From contig JBEGVZ010000119.1 of NCBI GenBank assembly GCA_041178085.1, forward strand, positions 32,001 through 96,000: a stretch of DNA of 64,000 nucleotides, given 5' to 3'. The notes beneath the pieces were generated by a model. That model saw only the letters and a list, made by a program, of their open reading frames with translations. It ran no database searches and was not told the origin of the DNA. Positions 20,697 through 28,411 of the stretch are shown one piece after another (position 1 is the first letter of the stretch; the number at the start of each line of letters is the position of its first letter). The position numbers and the translations under genes are program-made. This DNA comes from Pseudomonadota bacterium (GTDB lineage Bacteria > Bdellovibrionota_B > Oligoflexia > Oligoflexales > RGVZ01).

Positions 20697-20983
20697 AAAG
20701 CATTGCTAATCATTTCGCTCGCGCAATGATCTTTGCGTCATGGACGTAGGGAACGTTAACAGTCAGCGTCAACGTCTCCATGGAAACGTCATAGGTGTAT
20801 TGATCCGGGCCAAGGACAGATTCTTTTCCGTCGGCAGCTATCAGGAGCTGGTATTCGTCGGTTATATACTTGGCAGGGACCTGATGGGAGCGGAACAGCT
20901 TCTTTGACGCAAACCCCTGCAACCACGCCAAACCCTTTGAATAGTCGGCCTCACACACTGAGGACCTGAAATCCGCTGCGCTG
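20350..20983. repeat. 634-bp direct repeat, left copy (smc 3' end + 3' end of VWA lipoprotein gene)
   Basis: Aligns without gaps to 27778-28411; about 22 mismatches by manual count. Confidence 0.95.
20710..20983 (-). pseudogene. 3' fragment of the VWA-domain lipoprotein gene (intact copy at 28138-29958)
   Basis: Encodes only SAAD.RSSVCEADYSKG...KIIARAK; homology stops at 20983. Confidence 0.9.
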
Positions 20984-21096
20984 GCGAGTACACTCACCCT
21001 GGCCTGGTTATCCCGAGGAATTCGTTGCATGGTCGGGTGGCTGTATTAGAAAACGAGTACACTACAATCCAATCACCGGATGTGCAAAAACCAGAT

Positions 21097-21762
21097 CTAT
21101 TGGCATCGCGCTTCAATCATACAACCGTCCTCGTCTGGGGAAACCGAATTAATGAGGCAGCGGCGATCGCTGATCGCAATCTCATCGTCCACTTTGTAGG
21201 CGCCACAACCGCCCGGGACCACCAAATACTGAATCGAAGCGTAGGGCGTCGGACCCTCCAGCGTTAAAGGGCACCGGATGATACCGACGGTCCACTCAGT
21301 CTGCTGCGTTCCCGGTGGTGAAAGGCGCTGACAATTTGAACCATGAGATTGTCCCAAAAGAAAACGATTGGCATTGTAATAGCAACATGTCTCGGTTGTA
21401 CCGTCGGTTTCTGGAACTGGTTCCCCTGGGTCGCAAAACCCGTTGACTGCGTTGATATTGTACTGATCTCGGGGGTAGATCGTACTCAGTAACCCACAAT
21501 CGCGCGGATTCTCGACAGGCAACGATAACTCAATTCTCATGGAGCCCTTTAAGCGGACACAGCAATACATATTTTCTGGCGGACCATCTGACGTTGGCTC
21601 TGGCGTACCTTGCTCAAGCAGGGACAACCGGGAATTCTCGCCCGTAGGATATTCGTTGACCTTCGTCCGTCGATCCAATGCCTCATCCACTGTGCAACCA
21701 TATATCAAACAGACACCCATAGTCCCGATCGCAAATCGGCTAACGAATCTAGAAATGGTCAC
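21097..21762 (-). CDS. Cys-rich hypothetical lipoprotein
   Basis: GGAGG RBS, GTG start, lipobox-like IYGC, many Cys including two CC pairs. Confidence 0.7.
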   Translation of the reverse strand: MTISRFVSRFAIGTMGVCLIYGCTVDEALDRRTKVNEYPTGENSRLSLLEQGTPEPTSDGPPENMYCCVRLKGSMRIELSLPVENPRDCGLLSTIYPRDQYNINAVNGFCDPGEPVPETDGTTETCCYYNANRFLLGQSHGSNCQRLSPPGTQQTEWTVGIIRCPLTLEGPTPYASIQYLVVPGGCGAYKVDDEIAISDRRCLINSVSPDEDGCMIEARCQ

Positions 21763-21915
21763 TTAACACCTCCAGAATAACCGAAATATTCAAATGCCAC
21801 CCGACGCGGATAACTAAGCCTAGGTCAGAAGCGCGACCATGCATCATGATTGCATGTTACCTGTCGACCCAACAGCTCTGGGACCAAAAGTCATCCAAAC
21901 ACGGCAGAGTCCTTT

Positions 21916-22260
21916 TCAATCTCCAATCGTCTGAAGGGGACCACTAACTGGGTCAGCTGTCGAAAAGTCAGACGCCAATCCACGCGTATCCGTAAAATTG
22001 CAAGCTGGCGAGGGAAGGTTGGGCGCGGTTGAACCAAGCAAGTGGCATTCCAGCGTCTGGTGACAATGCCCATTAGTAAAAATTTGAAACATCACCTTAC
22101 AGCTCTCTCTCTGGCCCGTCTCGGTGCATCTTTCAAAAATTTGATACAATCTCTCTCGGCACGGGCCGAGATAAGACGTCGGCCCTGACGCAAAACCAAG
22201 GTCCACGATCGACGCAAGTAACGTACATAGAACAAATGCAAAAACCACGAATCTCACCAC
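21916..22260 (-). CDS. small Cys-rich secreted hypothetical protein
   Basis: GAGGGAGG RBS, GTG start, hydrophobic signal peptide, six Cys in the mature part. Confidence 0.65.
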   Translation of the reverse strand: MVRFVVFAFVLCTLLASIVDLGFASGPTSYLGPCRERLYQIFERCTETGQRESCKVMFQIFTNGHCHQTLECHLLGSTAPNLPSPACNFTDTRGLASDFSTADPVSGPLQTIGD

Positions 22261-22410
22261 GTTTGCCCTCCCTCGCGTCGTTAAAACAATAATCTCGGGC
22301 TGACCGTACGGTTACTGGGACCCCAGAGTCCAAAACGTCTTTCCACTCTGACGTCAGCGGTCGGCAAAGCAAAAAACTTAATAAGGCTTTTTCAGTGACA
22401 CTAAATCTCG

Positions 22411-22702
22411 CGCCATTCCCGGATGTTATCGTGTTCGCCCATTACACTTTATCAAGTGTAGTACGGTCTCCTGTTTGCTGAGGTTTACACGCGGGTGCCA
22501 TCGACCTGGTGGTTGAGCGCTATTTAGTCGCCCGGGATTTGTAGGAAATTGAAGCGCGGTTTGGATTCTATGGAACCCACCCTACGCCCCCGCCAATTTC
22601 GTTGGCCCATCCGTTACGCACCGGTATTTCGGGCTTCCCTAGCTATCCAACACCGCCATCATTCGACCAATCCCTGAGCGTCCCCATTTTTTAGTAAACA
22701 CT
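22411..22702 (-). mobile_element. IS91-like element end remnant 1 (putative oriIS, no transposase)
   Basis: Shares blocks with 24774-24952 (CGCCATTCCCGGAT; ~85-bp ACGCACCGG...GTAAACACT); the minus strand reads GCGCTTCAATTTCCTAC, resembling IS91/ISCR oriIS. Confidence 0.6.
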
Positions 22703-22885
22703 CGGTGTCTCCATGCTTAATTGATTCTCGACATACGGCGATCACCTAGCTCCTCACACATCAAAATCCCAGAAGCCGTACCCCCCGTATTGTCTCATCG
22801 GACCATTGCACAGGGTTCACTCTTCTCTGGAGCTATCTAAGATCGATGAATTTTTGATGAATCCAGAAAATATTATCAGATTCCC

Positions 22886-22913
22886 TAAAGTTGGCATGGA
22901 CTCATACCGAATG
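22886..22913 (+). promoter_or_regulatory. putative sigma28 (FliA) promoter of the serine protease gene
   Basis: TAAA-N17-CCGA (TAAAGTT...ACCGAATG). Confidence 0.5.
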
Positions 22914-23014
22914 ATTGACCGGATAACAAACGAAGAGGCCTCAAAGAGCAATTGAATGGAAAATTTTTGGTTGAGACCGAGAGCAAGGGTTTCGCAGAAA
23001 CGGAGGGTCAAGTT

Positions 23015-24508
23015 ATGACTCAAAAAATCCGACTGCTCGTCGCGTTGCTTGTCATCTCTGCGTGCGATGCAGATTCAGGGATGACCGGACGCAGCGCCCA
23101 GCCGTCTAGGGTAACAGGGAATCCAACAACGGGTGCTCTTTGGATTGTTGACGGCGAGGAAATCAAAACCGTGGACGATGGCGTTGGGGCTTTGATCAAA
23201 TTTTATGACCCAGCCCCCCAGCCACTAAACACCATGCCGCCCCGAAATCAGCCTATGACGCCGCCAAATAAGTCCATTCTGACCGTCTGCTCGTCTTCGG
23301 AAATTCCCGGGAGAATTAAAGAAAATGGACGCTGCCTTTTGACAGCAGCCCATTGCGTCCAGGAGGAGTGGGGAACTCTCACAAGAGATTTTTTTTATCG
23401 GCAACATTACTACGCCAGGTTCATCGACGGTAAGGGCGACAACCTGGACGAGATTCAAAAGGGTCATGTCAACCGCTCAATCCGAGTCAAGCCTCACCCT
23501 TATTACCGCTTGTCCGTGCAGCAAGTCACATCCGAACCTTATTCCAACATGGACCTGGCATTGGTTTGGCAACGTCCGTATGCATGCAAGCTGGAAAAAG
23601 GTCGCGATTGGGGACACAAATGTGAAGAGAAGGATCCCAATGCAGTCAAAATTCAATGGCACCCTCTTGTGCTCGCATTTGACCGTACAAAGGAAGGACA
23701 ATTGCTGGATCATGTCGGCTACGGCAGATCCAGAATAGATGACGATGATTTCAGCACATCAGGCATTAAGAGACGCGGGCAAACAATTTTGAAAGACGTT
23801 TATGAATCCGACGTAGGTTTGGGAGCTTTCTATATTTATGGAACAATCGAAGGAAAGTCACAAATAGTCGAGAAAGGCGACAGCGGTAGTCCGATTTTAG
23901 TCAATCGGAAAGTTGTTGGTGTAGTAAGTGCGCGACATGAGGCGGGAGAGCGAGGTACCGCCCTCTTTCCGTTTCTCAACCATCAATTCGTAGCAAACGA
24001 ACGAGTATTCGAGCCGGCAAATCAGAAATGGCATTGGGGTGAAGCGGCTAAATTCTGTCGCCCAAAACCCCTCTTATCTTTGGATGTTCAGGTCTTTGCA
24101 GAGGGTTCAGATTCTGCGCAAGTCGTAACCGATTTCAATCGCGGCAACATCGACGTCGAAATTATCGACCCTGTTGAGGAATACGAGAAACGTGCCGGCA
24201 CCTGTGACAAGACCGAGGAGCCAACACAACTATGTTTAGTCGATTCTGTCGTTGAGGAAATCACACTAAAAGCAAAGCCGAAGAATAACTTCCGCTTCAT
24301 ACGGTGGGTATCCAGAATCCCCGGCGCAGAATTATGCCCCTGTGGGAATAGCACATCGACCGAGTGTCGAATCAACACCAACAACATCTCATGGAGGCAA
24401 GAGAACGAAGGGATTCAGTGCGCTGCACAGTTTGATATTGCATCTAGTCCACCGGGATCATGCGATATCCCGTCGCTTTCTGGCACGAGATGCGGTCTCC
24501 AAGACTGA
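23015..24508 (+). CDS. S1 (chymotrypsin-fold) serine protease lipoprotein with C-terminal InlB B-repeat-like domain
   Basis: GGAGG RBS; lipobox ISAC; triad motifs LLTAAHC, MDLAL, GDSGSP; ITLKAKP..FRFIRW C-terminal module. Confidence 0.85.
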   Translation: MTQKIRLLVALLVISACDADSGMTGRSAQPSRVTGNPTTGALWIVDGEEIKTVDDGVGALIKFYDPAPQPLNTMPPRNQPMTPPNKSILTVCSSSEIPGRIKENGRCLLTAAHCVQEEWGTLTRDFFYRQHYYARFIDGKGDNLDEIQKGHVNRSIRVKPHPYYRLSVQQVTSEPYSNMDLALVWQRPYACKLEKGRDWGHKCEEKDPNAVKIQWHPLVLAFDRTKEGQLLDHVGYGRSRIDDDDFSTSGIKRRGQTILKDVYESDVGLGAFYIYGTIEGKSQIVEKGDSGSPILVNRKVVGVVSARHEAGERGTALFPFLNHQFVANERVFEPANQKWHWGEAAKFCRPKPLLSLDVQVFAEGSDSAQVVTDFNRGNIDVEIIDPVEEYEKRAGTCDKTEEPTQLCLVDSVVEEITLKAKPKNNFRFIRWVSRIPGAELCPCGNSTSTECRINTNNISWRQENEGIQCAAQFDIASSPPGSCDIPSLSGTRCGLQD

Positions 24509-24773
24509 CATCTCGTTTTTTGACCTTTGCGTTATAAACGGGATTGTAGAATTAACGAAGCACCTTGAGACCAGCTCGCGGCAATCTTCCAGGATCATGA
24601 AGGGAGAAGCTAACGGGACTTTAACAAAACTCCCTGAGGTTGCTATCATTGTAGTTAAGAGGCCGAGAGTTGTCTTTGAGGAGTTTAACCCTAAGAACAA
24701 GGTGAAAACTCGGTAGCAGTCGCCAGAGGCGGCGATTAAGTTTATATAAATCAAAAAACCAAAAATTTTCCTT

Positions 24774-25242
24774 CGCCATTCCCGGATATTCGCCGTCACT
24801 CCAAGACGAGATGCGTCATCGTCTCCCGCGGCCGATTGCAGAAAATCAAAGCGCGGCTTGGGTTCTAACGCACCGGTATTTCGGGCTTCCCCAGCTATCC
24901 AACACCGCCATCATTCGACCAATCCCTGAGCGTCCCCATTTTTCGTAAACACTGCCTCACCGGCACCATTTTTCAGAGCGCATACCGCCACCAATTGAGC
25001 AGAGAAATATTCCCAGCCTGGCGACGGCGTCTGATCCGTGCTGGCATCGACTGCAGGATCAGCGTCAAGCCCCATCAACATGGGCTTATAGTAAGACGAG
25101 GCGCATGCGGGGGATCACTGGCAAGTCCGACGTGACGCAGGTAGCGCCGCGCCTCATTCAGGTGGCAGATTGCCGCTACGACGCACAGTTCTCCGCCGCA
25201 AGTGCAGCGGGTGATGTCGATGTTAAAAACACGGGATAAAAG
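24774..25242 (-). mobile_element. IS91-family transposase 3' remnant 2 with downstream end region
   Basis: LLSRVFNIDITRCTCGGELCVVAAI...RYLRHVGLASDPP, typical of the IS91/ISCR Y2 transposase C-terminus; degenerate oriIS-like GCGCTTTGATTTTCTGC near 24838-24854. Confidence 0.75.
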
Positions 25243-25416
25243 CCCTGATTCGCAAATCGCTATTGCGGCTATTGGGCCTATTGAAAAGAAAAAAAAATTT
25301 CCCTGTGACATCCATCACGAATTGAATTCCAAGAGATGAATTTGGTTGATCTGGCGTAGCTAATCCAATATCAATCGCGCGCTTTCTTAATTAAAAAAAC
25401 GTCATAAAAGGATCCG

Positions 25417-25938
25417 ATGATGAAAGCTTTCCTACGCATCCTCTCTTGTTTTGCTGTCTCCGTTAGCGTTCTAGCCTGCGGTGAAATCCGGCCCGTGGCG
25501 ACCTTGTCTGAAAGCAGCGCCATCGGAGCAAGTGCCGGCGAATTGGCCCAGAAATTGGAAGCTATCATGGAGGGGACCCTTTACTACAGTGAGGCCGACT
25601 ATCCATGGACGGCTTTCCATTCTAGGGTCGCTGTCTCGAAACTTTATGGCGAAAATGAGTTGCGCCTTGCTCTTCGCGTACCAGCAGGCGCACCGATTCG
25701 AGTTTACTCAGCAAACGATACTCGTGAAATCTGGCAATCCCTGCGAGAAGATAATTCCAGCGATCCGCAAGCCGCGACCCGTTATGGAAAACTGCACTCT
25801 GTAATGCATGAAAACCTGCAGGATGTCCGTTTTATAAAAATCGGAAAGGGAGACAGCGGCGCACTGGATTTTTTCGTCGTGGGACGCGACGCGCGCGGAT
25901 TCCTGATCGGGGTGAAAACCATCAAAGTTGAGACCTGA
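25417..25938 (+). CDS. nuclease A inhibitor (NuiA)-like lipoprotein
   Basis: EGTLYYSEADYPW, ENLQDVRFIKIG, DFFVVGRD..G.LIGVKTIKVET match NuiA family motifs; lipobox VLAC. Confidence 0.8.
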   Translation: MMKAFLRILSCFAVSVSVLACGEIRPVATLSESSAIGASAGELAQKLEAIMEGTLYYSEADYPWTAFHSRVAVSKLYGENELRLALRVPAGAPIRVYSANDTREIWQSLREDNSSDPQAATRYGKLHSVMHENLQDVRFIKIGKGDSGALDFFVVGRDARGFLIGVKTIKVET

Positions 25939-25963
25939 TCCTAGTTTCCTAGAATCTTTGCCT

Positions 25964-25993
25964 AAGGCTGCCAGTTGATCCTGGCGGCCTTTT
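25964..25993 (+). terminator. Rho-independent terminator
   Basis: AAGGCTGCCAG-TTGATC-CTGGCGGCCTT followed by a short T run. Confidence 0.7.
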
Positions 25994-26259
25994 CGCTATC
26001 ATCGGACGAAATTCGATGTTGCCGCCTCACAGAGAAATGCCAACAGTCGTACCTACCTCATGGCCGAGTGGATAAAGGCCACGCACAAGAGTGAAAAAGG
26101 CACCATGACCGAATCCACTTTGGAGCGGTCGCCTTTCCGAATAAACCCATTTAGTTCGGGTTGTTAACCTCGTGCACGCCCTGTTTCTAGGCAAATCATT
26201 CTCGCCCTAATATTCGGTCAAACCATCGAAATCACAGCTAAAGGCGCCATGAAGCAGCC

Positions 26260-26275
26260 TGGTACACGAGCTGCA
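26260..26275 (+). promoter_or_regulatory. putative sigma54 promoter
   Basis: TGGTACA-CGAG-CTGCA with correct GG/GC spacing, ~50 bp upstream of the lipoprotein pair. Confidence 0.45.
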
Positions 26276-26323
26276 TCCACAGGCCAATAGTGCGAATTGA
26301 CTTATCGAAGGAGAAACAAAGTC

Positions 26324-26770
26324 ATGAAAAAAATTGTTTTTGTTTTGGGCACATTAGCTGTGGCTGCATGCGGGACAAATCTAGATCAAAGCAATTTGGC
26401 GACCCAGCGTGACACAAAATCGCAAGCCAAGAAGGAAAAAATTGCAAAAATTCCGGGGCTTGTTGGCCAAGATCGACAAGGCCGGCTGGAATTCTACGGG
26501 ATCGATCGTAAGGAGCAAACCATCGCGATACGCGTACCGGTAGTCGACGGATTTTTCACCCAAACTGACATCAAAAAAATGATGGATTGCAGTGTTAAAA
26601 GGCAAACGCACGCCATCACAGTCGAAGTTCACAAGAGCACGCAAACTGGCGTACCCACTGGCATCCCAGGGGTGACGATCGAAACTCACATGCCGAAATA
26701 CAAAAATATTCGCTGTGAAAAAATGCCAGGTTTTCTCGCTGAATGGCGACTGGTAGTCAACGGCCGATAA
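26324..26770 (+). CDS. hypothetical lipoprotein
   Basis: AAGGAG RBS; MKKIVFVLGTLAVAAC lipobox. Confidence 0.75.
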   Translation: MKKIVFVLGTLAVAACGTNLDQSNLATQRDTKSQAKKEKIAKIPGLVGQDRQGRLEFYGIDRKEQTIAIRVPVVDGFFTQTDIKKMMDCSVKRQTHAITVEVHKSTQTGVPTGIPGVTIETHMPKYKNIRCEKMPGFLAEWRLVVNGR

Positions 26771-26831
26771 AATTGCTCGCACGACAATTGAACTGAAACA
26801 AATAATCCAAATTTTTTTAGAGGAGAGATTT

Positions 26832-27245
26832 ATGCGTAGTTTTCTGGTAACAGCGATGATGGTTTCCGCGGGCGGATTTATAGCATGTAAAAGCGGTTCT
26901 CAAGGGGATCTTTCCTTTTCTGCCAATGCGGCAGACGCTTTGAAATGCAGAGCCCAAATTGAAACTGTACAAGACATCCACCTTGATAACCGAGGTAAAA
27001 CCCTGCAATTGGAACCGCAGGGTGGCGAACCCTTGCTGTACGCAGCGAACGACGCGGGCATTTCATATAATGCGTCGGTCGACGACGAAGCAGGCGTGAT
27101 TGATTTCCAGATTTTCGACAAGACACCCAAGACGGGATTCAAAGCTACATCCAAAGGATTCGTTCCAGACGGCAAGTACCGGCGTAACAGCAGCAAGCTG
27201 GAAGTTACAAACTCCAAGGGCCGTTTCACGATTTATTGCGAGTAG
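26832..27245 (+). CDS. hypothetical lipoprotein
   Basis: GAGGAG RBS; FIAC lipobox; beta-rich; Cys near each end. Confidence 0.75.
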   Translation: MRSFLVTAMMVSAGGFIACKSGSQGDLSFSANAADALKCRAQIETVQDIHLDNRGKTLQLEPQGGEPLLYAANDAGISYNASVDDEAGVIDFQIFDKTPKTGFKATSKGFVPDGKYRRNSSKLEVTNSKGRFTIYCE

Positions 27246-27256
27246 CAGTCGCTCGT

Positions 27257-27287
27257 CAGGGCAGGCACCAAACAGTGCCTGACCCTG
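27257..27287 (+). terminator. hairpin after lipoprotein gene
   Basis: CAGGGCAGGCAC-CAAACA-GTGCCTGACCCTG; no clear U tract. Confidence 0.45.
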
Positions 27288-27416
27288 GCACAGTGAAAGC
27301 CTTGACGCGCGTCGCACCAGGCCAATACCTGCGAATGATATCTTCATCTGCGGATGCCCCGAAAGAGCGCAATAAAATCGGAGCACCAGAAGCAGCGGTA
27401 ACATTGATTTATTCAG

Positions 27417-27777
27417 GGCCTGGCGAGATCATCTGGTCCGTGCTGGCATCTACTGCAGAACCGGCATCAAACTCCATCACCACCGGCTTATAATGAGGCA
27501 GGACGCATGCCGGGGATCACTGGCAAGTCCGACGTGATGAAGGTAGCACCGCGCCTCATCCTGTTCACAGATTGCCACTACGGCGCGCAACTCTCCGCCA
27601 CAGGCGCAGCGAGTGATGTCGACATTAAAGACACGCGAGAGAAGATTCGCCCAGCTCGACCCATTAAGATCGTCTAGACTAGATATCTTTTCAAGAAACT
27701 CCAGCGGGATGATAAGCAGGGGGGACGTCCCATCACAGGCGATTGAAGCTTGATCTGCTGCATTTTTTGGATTTTGA
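27417..27777 (-). mobile_element. IS91-family transposase remnant 3 (internally deleted)
   Basis: DGTSPLLIIPLEFLEKISSL fused to SWANLLSRVFNVDITRCACGGELRAVVAI...HVGLASDP; homologous to ~25015-25242; abuts the right repeat. Confidence 0.78.
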
Positions 27778-28124
27778 CGGACCAGTTCCAGTTCATCATC
27801 ATTACCGACAACCGCCGCACGATGGAGGTCCTTGACACCCTCTACGGCGTGCCGATGCAAGAGCCAGGCGTCTCCAGCATCGTTGGCGTGGACATGAAGA
27901 AGGACTTGCCACCCCACTTGCGCAAGGCGTTCAAGGAAGAGGGTTCCAAAGAAGCCGTCAAGCCAGCTGCTTCGGCGGCTCCGACGACGAGGATCTCTGG
28001 CGCCACGGAAGTGGACGAGGGCGAATCCAGACCAGCTTTGTCGACGGAACCTGTAGAACTTGCCCCGGACTTTGACACGGACATCCCCGTGCCGGTCGAG
28101 GCACTGCAGGGCAAACTTGAATAA
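27778..28124 (+). pseudogene. smc: smc 3' fragment
   Basis: Duplicates the last ~115 codons of smc; H-switch ITHN changed to ITDN; no real start. Confidence 0.9.
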
Positions 28125-28411
28125 AAAGAATTGCTAATCATTTCGCTCGCGCAATGATCTTTGCGTCATGGACGTAGGGAACGTTAACAGTCAGCGTCAA
28201 CATCTCCATGGAAACGTCATAGGTGTATTGATCCGGGCCAAGGACAGACTCTTTTCCGTCGGCAGCGATCAGGAGCTGGTATTCGCTGGCCACATACTTG
28301 GCAGGGACCTGATAGGAGCGAAACAGCTTCTTTGATGCAAACCCCTGCAACCACGCCAAACCCTTTGAATAGTCGGCCTCACACACTGAGGACCTGGAAT
28401 CCGCTGCGCTG
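27778..28411. repeat. 634-bp direct repeat, right copy
   Basis: Aligns to 20350-20983 at offset 7428. Confidence 0.95.

Larger units (their letters stand above)
20984..27777. mobile_element. genomic island with IS91/ISCR-like remnants and exported-protein cargo
   Basis: Bounded by 634-bp direct repeats; visibly more AT-rich; three related element remnants; no integrase. Confidence 0.8.

Noticed and set aside
20710..21030. 106-aa ORF as an independent gene
   Set aside because: It is the duplicated 3' fragment of 28138-29958 with a fortuitous start in island DNA.
22441..22462. dif/Xer site
   Set aside because: Lacks the ATAA-N6-TTAT core of XerC/D sites.
24342..24799. Short ORFs downstream of the protease
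   Set aside because: They overlap the protease end and lack an RBS or motifs; possibly decayed sequence.
25392..25417. sigma28-like motif before the NuiA-like gene
   Set aside because: The spacer is 18 nt and CCGA overlaps the start codon.
20984..27777. Integron cassette array or prophage
   Set aside because: No integrase, no recognisable attC RYYYAAC/GTTRRRY structures after the genes, mixed gene orientation and no phage genes.
27477..27917. 146-aa ORF as a functional transposase
   Set aside because: Chimera of antisense smc sequence and a deleted tnp fragment; no HUH or catalytic Tyr region.
27750..28124. 124-aa ORF as a real gene
   Set aside because: It is an smc tail fragment with no RBS and a mutated H-switch.
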